Origin: a virus
Lineage: Duplodnaviria > Heunggongvirae > Uroviricota > Caudoviricetes
Strand: one strand, 5' to 3'
DNA: 37,504 nucleotides
IMG/VR virus record: IMGVR_UViG_649989947_000021
Part shown: positions 10,390 to 20,031 of the stretch, piece by piece
Position numbering within the stretch: position 1 is the first letter of the stretch
How the letters are laid out: each line of letters starts with the position of its first letter
Translations under genes and position numbers: made by a program
The notes under the pieces: generated by a model
Database searches by the model: none
Told to the model about the DNA's origin: nothing
Seen by the model: the letters and a program-made list of their open reading frames with translations, nothing else

Positions 10390-10766
10390 GGCGTCAGCGC
10401 CTCATGCTCATCATCCCCGGCATTATCAATGGTCCCCATACCGCTCAGCGACAGAACCATCTCCGCCCCCGCACCCAGGGCATCATACGACCATGTTGTA
10501 ATAACGGATGCGCAAAGCGTCTCTACATCCTTAGACTGATCCGCATTCCACTGTGAGCGGGAAACCAGCCAGGCATTGATATCCATCCCCATCCGCAGAA
10601 AAGCAATCTGTCGTTCAGCCTCCGGCAGTTCTCCCTCTTCGGCATCAAACTTTGCCGTTCGCTGCTGAACAAACGCCAGATATTCAATTCTCTGCAGCCC
10701 GGACAGCTCACTGAGCACCACGGACTGCTTTTCATAATTAAACGTGCCCTGTTTCAGAAACATCAT
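10377..10766 (-). CDS. G: tail assembly chaperone G
   Basis: ORF ...MMFLKQGTFNYEKQSVVLSELSGLQRIEYLAFVQQ... ending EALTPEKS; start at ATG 10766 with GGTGGAG upstream (ORF track start at 10805 is TTG and overlaps the terminator). Confidence 0.85.
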   Translation of the reverse strand: MMFLKQGTFNYEKQSVVLSELSGLQRIEYLAFVQQRTAKFDAEEGELPEAERQIAFLRMGMDINAWLVSRSQWNADQSKDVETLCASVITTWSYDALGAGAEMVLSLSGMGTIDNAGDDEHEALTPEKS

Positions 10767-10776
10767 GTTCTCCACC

Positions 10777-10803
10777 TGAAAAAAAGCCCCGGATAACCGG
10801 GGC
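10777..10803 (-). terminator. hairpin plus U-run between V and G (attenuator or terminator)
   Basis: Minus strand GCCCCGG-TTAT-CCGGGGC followed by TTTTTTT, immediately upstream of the G ribosome-binding site. Confidence 0.5.
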
Positions 10804-10823
10804 AAATGATGAGTATCGTCCTG

Positions 10824-11567
10824 TTAACCTGCGGCGCTGACAGCCACCGCAGCCACTGCCACAAAATCGCCGTCAGAAGTCATGCCCACAATGCTGACAC
10901 TGCCCTGCTTCACGCCTTTCACCGTGGCCACAAGCCCGTTCAGGGTCACCGTGGCAGTCTGTGGATCTGTCGAATGCACACTGATCGCTTTGTCACTGGC
11001 TCCGTCAGGTTTTACTGTAAAGGTCAGCGTGGTGGTTGCTCCCACTTTTACACTGGCAGATGCCGGTGCCACCGTCAGCCCGGTAACGCCCACAGTTTCA
11101 GTGCCCTCCTCTGCCAGATACGGACGCCCCACACCGCTGATTTTCACTGTGCGGGTCATCACGTCTTTTGAGGCAATGGTTTTACCCAGTGAGCTCAGCC
11201 AGCCACGGAAAACATCAACAGTGCCGTTGGGATATTTGATACGAAACGCGCAGACTTCACCGGAGTCGAACAACTGAACCAGTTTTTTCTGCCCGCTGTC
11301 ACCCGGACGCCAGGCCAGCGTCGCCGAAGTATCACCAACGGATTTCTGCCCCTGGGTTGTCGTTTTCCAGTCTGCATCTTCATCATCGAGATAAGTGTCA
11401 TCTTCTGCATCAGCGGTCATTTCGCCAGGTTGCAGATCCTTCACCATCGCAAGACGCAGCCAGTCAGTGTCCGACAAAGGGTTCGCAAATGCGTCGCCGT
11501 TGCCGGTATACATCCAGAACGTCGTTCCCGCACCTTTCGTTTTTGCCAGTGGATTTGGTGTGGTCAT
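10824..11567 (-). CDS. V: major tail protein V with C-terminal Ig-like domain
   Basis: MTTPNPLAKTKGAGTTFWMYTGNGDAFANPLSDTDW... is lambda V-like; AAGGAGG ribosome-binding site before ATG 11567; C-terminal Big_2-like segment. Confidence 0.9.
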   Translation of the reverse strand: MTTPNPLAKTKGAGTTFWMYTGNGDAFANPLSDTDWLRLAMVKDLQPGEMTADAEDDTYLDDEDADWKTTTQGQKSVGDTSATLAWRPGDSGQKKLVQLFDSGEVCAFRIKYPNGTVDVFRGWLSSLGKTIASKDVMTRTVKISGVGRPYLAEEGTETVGVTGLTVAPASASVKVGATTTLTFTVKPDGASDKAISVHSTDPQTATVTLNGLVATVKGVKQGSVSIVGMTSDGDFVAVAAVAVSAAG

Positions 11568-11577
11568 TACCACCTCC

Positions 11578-11979
11578 TTAATTCGTGTACGTGATCTGGT
11601 ACGTGATTTCCGCCATCGCCCAGGTGGCCATCTCATTATCACGTTGATAGTTAAAACCGAGTGGGATCAGGGTGTCGATGAGTCCGGAAAGTGCCGGTAC
11701 ATCATTCAGGGCCGGGAAAATGGTGCTCTCCATCCACATATCCAGCTCTGAATCCGGTGCTTGTGCCCGGATGAAGACAGCAATATGCAGAACAGCCTGC
11801 CAGTCATCTTCATCCGTCATTTTTCCGGTGTACTGAGCATCACTCAGCCACACCGACACGGCAGGCAGTTCCTGCGCATCAACAAATGCCGGAAGCCCGT
11901 CAAAAAACGTGGCGCTGTCTCCACACTGTTCCCGAAGGCGTGCCAGTACGACCTGGCGGATTTGTGTATGTCGGTTCAT
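11578..11979 (-). CDS. U: tail terminator protein U
   Basis: MNRHTQIRQVVLARLREQCGDSATFFDG..., lambda U-like; ATGA overlap with the Z stop. Confidence 0.85.
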   Translation of the reverse strand: MNRHTQIRQVVLARLREQCGDSATFFDGLPAFVDAQELPAVSVWLSDAQYTGKMTDEDDWQAVLHIAVFIRAQAPDSELDMWMESTIFPALNDVPALSGLIDTLIPLGFNYQRDNEMATWAMAEITYQITYTN

Positions 11980-12554
11980 CGGGTCAGCCATAACCTCAGT
12001 TGTTGTTTCAGTGCATAACCCAACTGTTTCGGCATTTCCGCAGCAATGATGCGGTCGCGGGCATCTTCAAATGCCTGTGTCAGCGGTCCGGACAACGGGA
12101 TTTTCACCACATCAATGGGGTAACGATTTTTGCCATCAATACGCCGCATCACATGCCAGCGACCATTCGCCAGTTGCTGAATAAACGCATCCCGGAAAAG
12201 ATATTTACCCACCTTCAGCACACTGCCACGGTACTGCAGTTTTCCACCACGCCGGGCCAGTCTGACCCGGGCTGTCCCCAGCTTAATGGCGGGCAGATTG
12301 CCCCGGTTGACGCGGATCCTGGCCGTCATTTTTCCTGACGGACTGGCTTTAAACACCCGGACACGCTGACGTACCAGTTTCAGGGGTATCCCTTTCACCT
12401 GGTTATCTCCCGCAACGGTATTCCCGGCAACCTGCCGGGTGGCAACCGAGACCGCTTTCTGTGCCACACGGTTTATCGCCCATGCGCTGGCCTGTGGCAC
12501 CATACGGGTATCAAGGCTGTTCAGATTGCGGATGGCATTCTCAAGCCCCTTCAT
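11976..12554 (-). CDS. Z: tail completion protein Z
   Basis: 192-aa ORF, same length and position as lambda Z. Confidence 0.8.
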   Translation of the reverse strand: MKGLENAIRNLNSLDTRMVPQASAWAINRVAQKAVSVATRQVAGNTVAGDNQVKGIPLKLVRQRVRVFKASPSGKMTARIRVNRGNLPAIKLGTARVRLARRGGKLQYRGSVLKVGKYLFRDAFIQQLANGRWHVMRRIDGKNRYPIDVVKIPLSGPLTQAFEDARDRIIAAEMPKQLGYALKQQLRLWLTR

Positions 12555-12565
12555 CCCACACCTCT

Positions 12566-12841
12566 TTACTCAATAAAGATCATTGGCTTACCGTTAAAGC
12601 GTTCATGCCGTGTGACCGTCCAATGTTGTCCGTCATAAACAACGCGATCCCCGCGCCGTGGGCGGTATCCCAAAGAAAACACCACCAGAGAGACAGCAGG
12701 TCCGGACAGAGCATTCAGCTCTGCCAGTGTTTCGCCCGGGATCACAGCCATATCGACATCATTAATCGAGGCTGTCTTTCCCATCTTTCTGACCGTGATC
12801 GCATCCATACGCGCTGCCAGCCGAGAAAAGGGATCAGACAT
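12566..12841 (-). CDS. head-tail joining protein (FII-like)
   Basis: 91-aa ORF located between the head module and Z; assignment is mainly by position and size. Confidence 0.5.
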   Translation of the reverse strand: MSDPFSRLAARMDAITVRKMGKTASINDVDMAVIPGETLAELNALSGPAVSLVVFSLGYRPRRGDRVVYDGQHWTVTRHERFNGKPMIFIE

Positions 12842-13157
12842 TGAGTTTTACCGGCACTTCTTCTGCACTGGTTCCGGCATCTGCCCAGACAACCCCGACC
12901 AGCGGATCAGAGCCGCTGTTAGTCAGCTGAACTTTTCCGGACTTCAGATAAACCTTCTTACCCGTTTTCATGTCATCCGTTTTCAGCTTAGGCAGGATAA
13001 ACACACCTTCGGTCATGCCGTCGCCTGTTTCACCCTGTGGAATATCGGTCAGCGCCACCGCAAAAACATCACCCACCTGCACCAGATCTCCGCTGCTGAT
13101 GGCTGCACTGGCAACAATCGCCACCGTTTTTCCTTCTTCTACAAAATTCTTTGCCAT
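12834..13157 (-). CDS. small capsid-associated protein (possible head decoration or stabilisation protein)
   Basis: ORF MAKNFVEEGKTVAIVASAAISSGDLVQVGDVF... with GGAG 7 nt upstream of ATG 13157; immediately follows the capsid gene; family assignment uncertain. Confidence 0.45.
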   Translation of the reverse strand: MAKNFVEEGKTVAIVASAAISSGDLVQVGDVFAVALTDIPQGETGDGMTEGVFILPKLKTDDMKTGKKVYLKSGKVQLTNSGSDPLVGVVWADAGTSAEEVPVKLNV

Positions 13158-13243
13158 AACTGTCTCCGCACAGCCCCGTTCAGGGGCTGATTTCAGGTAC
13201 AAAAAAAGCCCTTACGGGCCATCAGAGTTGTTGTCTGCGACGT

Positions 13244-15202
13244 TTACGCCGTACATTTCACCAGACCGCGGTGATCAACTGGCGCGACACCGGCGTCAAT
13301 ACGCACTTTCGTTGTCACGCCATCCACACTGAAGCCCTCCATCTGATCAATATATGGCGTATCCACACCGTTGAGATAAGCCACTTCAATCGTATCGGAG
13401 CCTTTGGACGCAGCCAGGTAGAAGGTGGTCTGGCTGTTATCATCAAGACGAGGCTCTGCAATAACGGTCGCAAAATCTTTCACCGGGTTAATAATACCGG
13501 CGTTAATGTCAGCCCCCTTGACACTTGAGGAGCGAATGACCTGGTTAGCAACAGACTCCATCGCCGTCGGTACCAGTACGAACGCAGGACGAATATTCAG
13601 ATGACGCTCCCCCTCTTTCTGAACGCGCATCAACTGGCGGGCTTTATCCAGCGATGCCACGTCCATTGCAGCGCTCTCCAGTACGTTTGCATGTTTCGCT
13701 TTATCGAACAGACTTACATTATCTGTGGAGATTTTCGGGTTAGACGTCAGAATGGCATAAACCAGATCGGCAATAGTGGATTTCGCCGCACGGCCCAGTT
13801 TCATCGGGACATCGGTCAGCATATTCAGATCATCATTGATAATGGCCTGACGGGTGATACTGAACAGCTCGCCATAGGTCGCCAGTGCAATAGTGGCCTG
13901 TTTATCTCCGGTGGTGACGTATTTATATTCCGCCCCTTCACGCACCTGACGCAGAGCACTGAAGCCCCCCATACCCACACGATGGGCAATTTTAAAATCA
14001 GACAACTGACCTTTCCGCGTCCACTGTTCATAGGTTTCAGGGGCATCTTCCCAGCCCTGCAGAATGGCTTTGTTCGCAACATCCAGCAGAATATTACCGA
14101 AGTCAGACGTACTGTGTGTGAACGCCGCACCGACCATCTGCATCGGGTTATAACTGGAAACCCCAATACCCCGTTCAGTCAGTGACATACGGGCATATTC
14201 ACGCAGGGTCATCCCGTTGTAGACATTATCACGTTCGGTTTTTTCAAATCCGGCACGCGCCATCAGCGCCTGGCGGATCCCGTCCCCCACAAAATTACCG
14301 TTACCGGCATAAATATGAGCCGGGGTATTTTTATTGGATGGCGTGGACTCGCGCCCCATCTCGTTCAACAACTTTTCGCGGGCCTGCTCCAGCGAACATT
14401 CAGGATCGGCAAGACACTGAGCCTGCAGCGTCTGATAACGCCCGCCAAACATGGCAAACAGATCATTAATACCGTTTACACGCGCTTTTTGCTCTGCCAG
14501 TACCTGCGCACGGATACTGTTTTCATCCACCACGGGTGCTGCTGCCTGCACTGGCGTCCGGGAGGCTGCAGGTTCATCATCCTGTACGCATGGAGCACTG
14601 TTGCGTGGCGGAGTAATCATGTTTCGAATGGATTCCGGCATCTTTTTAAATTCCTCTGTACGTTTTGACTGAATACATGCCATTGCCTTAACGGCTGGCG
14701 TTACCTGATCAGCAAATCCCTGTGCCAGACATTCGGCACCGGACATCCAGGTCTCATCCGCCAGCATGGCAGCAATTTCATCGGTGGTTTTCCCGGTTTT
14801 CTGTGCATAAGCGGGTAACAGAACCGCCTCAACCTTATCGAGCAGGTCGGCATAGGTGCGCATGTCCTCCGCATCACCGCCCGTAAAGCCAAATGGTTTA
14901 TGAATCATCATGAAGGTGTTTTCCGGCATAATGACCGGGTTTCCCACCATCGCAATGACCGACGCCATTGACGCCGCCACACCGTCGACATAAACGGTAA
15001 TGGACGCACCATGTGTTTTCAGCGCATTAAAAATGGCGATGCCTTCAAAGACATCGCCACCCGGTGAATTAATATGGAGATTAATGTGGGTGATATCGCC
15101 CAGTGCATTCAGATCACTGATAAACTGCTTCGCTGTAACACCCCAGAAACCAATCTCGTCATAAATATAAATATCCGCGTCACTCTGGTGACCAGCCTGC
15201 AT
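13244..15202 (-). CDS. prohead protease (ClpP/S49-like) - scaffold - major capsid protein fusion
   Basis: Long ORF: N-terminal ...ADIYIYDEIGFWGVTAKQFISDL...HINSPGGDVFEGIAIFNAL...ASMASVIAM is ClpP-like; Ala/Gln-rich linker; C-terminal half is capsid-like; start set at ATG 15202, just after the portal stop. Confidence 0.8.
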   Translation of the reverse strand: MQAGHQSDADIYIYDEIGFWGVTAKQFISDLNALGDITHINLHINSPGGDVFEGIAIFNALKTHGASITVYVDGVAASMASVIAMVGNPVIMPENTFMMIHKPFGFTGGDAEDMRTYADLLDKVEAVLLPAYAQKTGKTTDEIAAMLADETWMSGAECLAQGFADQVTPAVKAMACIQSKRTEEFKKMPESIRNMITPPRNSAPCVQDDEPAASRTPVQAAAPVVDENSIRAQVLAEQKARVNGINDLFAMFGGRYQTLQAQCLADPECSLEQAREKLLNEMGRESTPSNKNTPAHIYAGNGNFVGDGIRQALMARAGFEKTERDNVYNGMTLREYARMSLTERGIGVSSYNPMQMVGAAFTHSTSDFGNILLDVANKAILQGWEDAPETYEQWTRKGQLSDFKIAHRVGMGGFSALRQVREGAEYKYVTTGDKQATIALATYGELFSITRQAIINDDLNMLTDVPMKLGRAAKSTIADLVYAILTSNPKISTDNVSLFDKAKHANVLESAAMDVASLDKARQLMRVQKEGERHLNIRPAFVLVPTAMESVANQVIRSSSVKGADINAGIINPVKDFATVIAEPRLDDNSQTTFYLAASKGSDTIEVAYLNGVDTPYIDQMEGFSVDGVTTKVRIDAGVAPVDHRGLVKCTA

Positions 15203-15215
15203 CCTGAACCAGGAA

Positions 15216-16724
15216 TTATTCTTCGGACTGGTCGTCGGTGTGCTGTGGCTCCTGTCGTTTCGTTGCGGCACTGCTGCCTCCTTTATCACTGGCCGGATCG
15301 GTATCAAATACCAGATCCAGCTTGCGGTTTTCATCAATTTCGGCCTTGCGCCGACGTTTGACATCATCCGGATTACGACCACCTGCACGTACCCAGTCTG
15401 ATTCTGTCGCCGCTCCACCACGAATCTGGATTTTCCAGGCCTCAGCCTCCTTAACAGGGTCAATCCACGGCATCACTGGTCCGGAATACACCGCGGTATA
15501 CAGTGAAGAACGGTCAAGATCGCGGGGTAGCCTGATAACACCGGATGCCACAGCCTGTTTCAGCCAGGCACGATACATCGGGCGGGTGACGGCACCAATA
15601 AACCAGTCCTGCAGGATCAGGTAGCCATCAGTAGACTCAACCAGTTCCTGACGCTGGGCGCTGTAAGTGCCGTTATAGTTGCGTGCCGTACTGGAAAAAC
15701 TCAGACGACTGCCCGCCGCCACGGCACGCAACTGACCATTACGAAAAGTTTCAAGGTTAGGATTGGGACGATCCGACTTCACCATTCCGATTTCTTCGCC
15801 GGGTTTCAGATCGTCGTAAATAATGCCTGGCTGAATGGTAAGCTCGCGTTCATTCTCCTTGCTGCCATTACCATCCGGTTCATAGCTCTGCCCGTCGCCT
15901 TTCCGGATGTACATCCCCAGAGCAGCGGCGATCCTTGCTGCAGTCAGCTCAGAATCTTCATACTCTTTCAGGGCACTGAGGCGGATCAGCACACCGGACA
16001 ACAAAGACGTCCCGCGCATCTGGTGCAGACGGCGAACAAATTTAAGATGCAGCATTCGCTCTGCATCCACTTCTTTGGTTTCCATCTGCCGCCCGGATAC
16101 GGGACGGCTTTTATACACCAGATATTTTTCGGGACGCCCCCAGTCATCAACAAACACGCCCTGATTCAGCCTGTTGCTCTCATCACTGGTCATGGGAATA
16201 AAGTCCGGCTCGAGCGCCTCCAGCCAGAAATGAACACCGGCAGAAGGCGTCAGGCTGTTTATGCGCCCGGAAACCATCTGGGCAAACACCTCACCATCGC
16301 GCAGCCAGGTACGCAGCATCAGACGTTCCAGCATCGGACGGGTAAACTGCCCGGTGACTTCCGGACTGACAGACCATTCACTCCATCGGGTGCGTATCTC
16401 CGCTGCCAGATCACGGGCAATGGCCCCATTGCGTAATACCGGATGTGGCTCGACAATAATCCCGTTTTTCCCCACCACCCGTTCTTCCAGCTTGTCAAAT
16501 ACACCAATAACCAGATCGTGGTTGTTATCAAGGTAACGGGCCTGCTCACGTAACGACACGGCCCCGTACTGGCTTAACTGGTCGGCAGTTCGGTTTTCCC
16601 GCCGGGCTTTGTGTGTCCGCGTCGTTTTTACGGCCTCATAAGCCTGGATCACCGCACGGGAACGCAGCCTTGCCGCTTTCCATCCTGGTGAAAAAACGCC
16701 AATCACATCATCAAGAATTGCCAT
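15216..16724 (-). CDS. portal protein
   Basis: Approximately 502-aa ORF between W-like gene and protease-capsid gene; start at ATG 16724 (MAILDDVIGVFSPGW...) overlapping the W stop by 1 nt. Confidence 0.85.
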   Translation of the reverse strand: MAILDDVIGVFSPGWKAARLRSRAVIQAYEAVKTTRTHKARRENRTADQLSQYGAVSLREQARYLDNNHDLVIGVFDKLEERVVGKNGIIVEPHPVLRNGAIARDLAAEIRTRWSEWSVSPEVTGQFTRPMLERLMLRTWLRDGEVFAQMVSGRINSLTPSAGVHFWLEALEPDFIPMTSDESNRLNQGVFVDDWGRPEKYLVYKSRPVSGRQMETKEVDAERMLHLKFVRRLHQMRGTSLLSGVLIRLSALKEYEDSELTAARIAAALGMYIRKGDGQSYEPDGNGSKENERELTIQPGIIYDDLKPGEEIGMVKSDRPNPNLETFRNGQLRAVAAGSRLSFSSTARNYNGTYSAQRQELVESTDGYLILQDWFIGAVTRPMYRAWLKQAVASGVIRLPRDLDRSSLYTAVYSGPVMPWIDPVKEAEAWKIQIRGGAATESDWVRAGGRNPDDVKRRRKAEIDENRKLDLVFDTDPASDKGGSSAATKRQEPQHTDDQSEE

Positions 16725-16936
16725 CAGAACCTCGCCAGCCGGTACCCGGGATGCCCCCGTCGTCGTGTAATCAGAGCCGCAAGGCGGCGCTCCCACTCCT
16801 GCCGTCCCTGCCGGATCTCAGATAAGTTTTCCATGGTCATCTGCTGACCATTAAAGGTGACGGATTTTCCGTCCAGCACCGCCATTTCAGCTTCCGTATA
16901 ACGCTGAATCATGGCTTCGATATCATTCTGGTTCAT
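16724..16936 (-). CDS. W: head-tail joining protein W-like
   Basis: 70-aa ORF ending ...ITRRRGHPGYRLARF, resembling lambda gpW; ATGA overlap with the terminase stop. Confidence 0.6.
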   Translation of the reverse strand: MNQNDIEAMIQRYTEAEMAVLDGKSVTFNGQQMTMENLSEIRQGRQEWERRLAALITRRRGHPGYRLARF

Positions 16937-19032
16937 AACCATCCTCCGGAAGTCAGCCAGGGGTTAACATCGTCAGTTACTGTTTTCTTCCGTTTTTGTT
17001 TTTTAACAGGCGTGGATACCGGTTCCGGTGAGGGTGACGGTTCGGTACTGTCCGGGACACACTCCAGCCAGGTTTCCCGGCTCGCCCACTCCGGTGCATC
17101 CGGCCAGCGGATCTTTTCGTATCCATGCAGAATGACCAGAGCCTCGGCATACACCATCAGGTCAAAAGCTTCGTTGGCACCGCGACCCGGCTTACTCCAT
17201 TTCCCGTCACTACTCCGCTCTTCATACGTCAGTTCGTCGTAAAACCAGCTCCCCAGCCAGTCAGGGAAATGCACATAGCCGGGACCTGGCGAGTCACGCC
17301 ATAACGCGTTATTCATCCGGTCTTTCAGGGCATCCGTCTGAAGAAGCCAGAGCGGCACATCACCTGCGGCCTGCGCCCGTCGGCCCGTTCGTCCGGTGTT
17401 ATCAGGGAATGTACGGGTGATCAGTTTTGCGCGCCGGATGCTGTCGCCCTTAAACAGGTAAATACGTTTACCAAGGCCATCACGACGGCAACGACGCCAG
17501 AATTTATAGGCATTATCAGTGACCCCGTCTTCACCGCCGGAGTCCACCGCCATTGCCATCAGTCGCATTTGTTGAGAAGGATCGGAGGCCAGCGGCCAGC
17601 TTTTATGAAAAACATCTGTCAGCAGGACATCCCAGTCTTCCGGATAGCTGGCCGGATCAATTCGCTGGCTCTCCCCGTCGCTGTCACCGCGCAATGACTG
17701 CGTGATGTTGTAACGATCAATAATCCAGCGTTCGCCACGGCTGCCATAGCCCGTTACCTGAACCACAAAACGGCGATGACGTCCCGCCTGCACATCCACT
17801 GTCGCCACAAGAAAATTAACGCCATCCGGCACACTGCGGGAATGAACTGGCTCTGCCCGCTGCTCAAGCAGTTCACTTTTTCGTTGCTCCATGCTGGCGC
17901 GGGGAAGATAAGGTAATCCCCAGTCGGTGTTGATAACCGCCCTGAGTGTTTCTTCACTTCCTGTCGCTTCATACTCCTGTTCTGCAGTCAGTAATTTGTA
18001 AACCAGTTGCGCCCAGGTCTGATACGCAGCAGCTGGCCCTTCCATCCAGAAACTGGCGATACGGGAGCGGCGCGGTTCACCGGAAACGTTGCCGTTACAA
18101 TCAATGACCTGACCTTCACGCAACCAGACTCCTGCACTATTGAGCTCACGCTTTTTCTCCGCAGTGATAATGCCGCTGCAGTGCGGGCAAAGTAGATACG
18201 CCGCCTCACTGGCTTTAAAGGGATCCGGTTCATTACGGTAGCCGGTCATGGCATCCATGGCTGGCTGAAAATATTCACCGCAGTGCGGACATGGCCAGTA
18301 CCAGCGGCGGCGGTCACCACGATTGTAAAGGGAAAGAATACCAGTCGTCGGTGGCGCTTCATGAGGCGACTTACGTCGCCATTTGCTGTCGCAGATGTCA
18401 CGTCCCGGCGAGCTCTCCACCAGAGTCATCCCGGAGGACATAAATGTGGTGGTACGTTTTGAGGCCAGGGAGAAACCATCACCCTCGCTGTCGATATTCT
18501 CCGGAAAACGGTCGTAATCGGTTAAGGCGACAAACCGGTAATCCGACGACGACATAATGTTGACCGAGGGCCAACCAATTTTAAGGAACGAGCCATCCCT
18601 GAACGTCTTATCATGGACATTATTGTCATTACGACGTGGACTCATTCTTTTCTTTACCGCCGCACTGCTTCTGAACGTTCTGTCGAGGCGCTTTTTTGAA
18701 TGCTCGCGGGCCTTATCTTCGGTCATCTGCACAACGAGCATGTCCGAAGGATCGCAAACGATGGTATAGACAATCCATCCATCGATCAGACCAATGGTCT
18801 TCCCTGTTCGCGCAGGACCAACAAAAATCACCGCATCGTATTCACGCGATGCCAGGCAGTTCATGGGCTCAATGATGTAGGGTGTCAGTTCAGGATCCCA
18901 TGGCACCGAGTTACCAGCCCCCTTGGGAACACGCATGAATTTTTTAACAGCCTCCGAAATCGGCATGCGACGTGGTGGAGAAAATCCTGCCGATATGTCC
19001 CTTCCCAAATTTCGGGCTGATGAAAAACCCAT
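16933..19032 (-). CDS. A: terminase large subunit (lambda A-like)
   Basis: 699-aa ORF with ATPase N-terminal region and nuclease-like C-terminal region; AGGAGG ribosome-binding site; follows the small subunit. Confidence 0.9.
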   Translation of the reverse strand: MGFSSARNLGRDISAGFSPPRRMPISEAVKKFMRVPKGAGNSVPWDPELTPYIIEPMNCLASREYDAVIFVGPARTGKTIGLIDGWIVYTIVCDPSDMLVVQMTEDKAREHSKKRLDRTFRSSAAVKKRMSPRRNDNNVHDKTFRDGSFLKIGWPSVNIMSSSDYRFVALTDYDRFPENIDSEGDGFSLASKRTTTFMSSGMTLVESSPGRDICDSKWRRKSPHEAPPTTGILSLYNRGDRRRWYWPCPHCGEYFQPAMDAMTGYRNEPDPFKASEAAYLLCPHCSGIITAEKKRELNSAGVWLREGQVIDCNGNVSGEPRRSRIASFWMEGPAAAYQTWAQLVYKLLTAEQEYEATGSEETLRAVINTDWGLPYLPRASMEQRKSELLEQRAEPVHSRSVPDGVNFLVATVDVQAGRHRRFVVQVTGYGSRGERWIIDRYNITQSLRGDSDGESQRIDPASYPEDWDVLLTDVFHKSWPLASDPSQQMRLMAMAVDSGGEDGVTDNAYKFWRRCRRDGLGKRIYLFKGDSIRRAKLITRTFPDNTGRTGRRAQAAGDVPLWLLQTDALKDRMNNALWRDSPGPGYVHFPDWLGSWFYDELTYEERSSDGKWSKPGRGANEAFDLMVYAEALVILHGYEKIRWPDAPEWASRETWLECVPDSTEPSPSPEPVSTPVKKQKRKKTVTDDVNPWLTSGGWL

Positions 19033-19040
19033 TATTCCTC

Positions 19041-19568
19041 CTAGAGACTCTCTCCTTCCTCATCAGGAATTAATTCAGCAGCACAAGCCTCGTAGGATTT
19101 TTCCTGAAGAGTGTATCGCAGGTCATCAATGGCCTGCTGTACAACGCCAACGGCCTGAGGAGTCAGGGCGCAATCGCGTTCAAGAACATCCGGAATTGTC
19201 TCCAGAACCTGGACGACAGCCTTTCTCATGGACGAATAGACGATGACTACTTCATCAACGGGGATGAGTTTTCGCTGCTCCTTTTCCAGCTTGATCCTTT
19301 CATTTTCAGACTGGTACCAGTCCTTTCTCTCTTTCGGCTCCATACGGGATGGATCATGAACAGAGTCTGCTGCCTCATGCTTCACACTAAACAGGGCTGG
19401 CCCGACATGCTGCAGGGCGTAAACGGGGTTCCCCCTGACAGTCGCAGCCACAGGAGTGTTGGCCGCGAGAAGCCGTTTTTTTACTGTGTCCCGGTGAAGC
19501 CCAAAGGCCTCAGCGATTTTAAAAACACTCCAGTAATAAGCATCACCGATCCCGCTCACATTTGACAT
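19041..19568 (-). CDS. nu1: terminase small subunit (Nu1-like, HTH DNA-binding)
   Basis: ORF MSNVSGIGDAYYWSVFKIAEAFGLHRDTVKKRL... with N-terminal helix-turn-helix; GGAG upstream of ATG 19568; directly upstream of the large subunit. Confidence 0.75.
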   Translation of the reverse strand: MSNVSGIGDAYYWSVFKIAEAFGLHRDTVKKRLLAANTPVAATVRGNPVYALQHVGPALFSVKHEAADSVHDPSRMEPKERKDWYQSENERIKLEKEQRKLIPVDEVVIVYSSMRKAVVQVLETIPDVLERDCALTPQAVGVVQQAIDDLRYTLQEKSYEACAAELIPDEEGESL

Positions 19569-19744
19569 AAGCAACTCCATCTGGCAGGTGAAAATCATGT
19601 TTATTTATATATTTCAATTAATTGTAAACTGGTCTAATGACAGGGAGAAAAAAATATTGTACAGGTAAAAAGAGAAATAACTTTTAATTATCAATAAATT
19701 ACCAAACATGCTGCCGCCGCCATGGAAATGCAAAAACTAGCCTT

Positions 19745-19770
19745 TTTCCGCGACGCTCCCGCCCCGTGGC
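19745..19770 (-). other. putative cos site (cosN-like)
   Basis: Minus strand reads CACGGGGCGGGAGCGTCGCGGAAAAAGG, resembling lambda ACGGGGCGGCGACCTCGCGGGTTTTCGC; located about 180 bp upstream of the small terminase gene with an AT-rich stretch between. Confidence 0.35.
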
Positions 19771-20031
19771 AGGCCACCCCACCGGAAGGACCCGCCAAAA
19801 TGAGAGTGATTATCACCATTGCTGATGAATAAATTGATGAAAATCATTGAAACGCCTTTCAGCAAGATAACGGCGACGGTCGTTGTTGAACTCCGTAGCT
19901 CTGCTACTAAGGTTAAAAGCATGGCCATCTTTTGCCACCGGCAAATCTTCAATGGATTTCCCCTGCCGGTTTTTTATTCCTCACATTATCGCAGCCCCTC
20001 AGTGAAGGGCTGCTGTAATGCCTGCTCTTAC

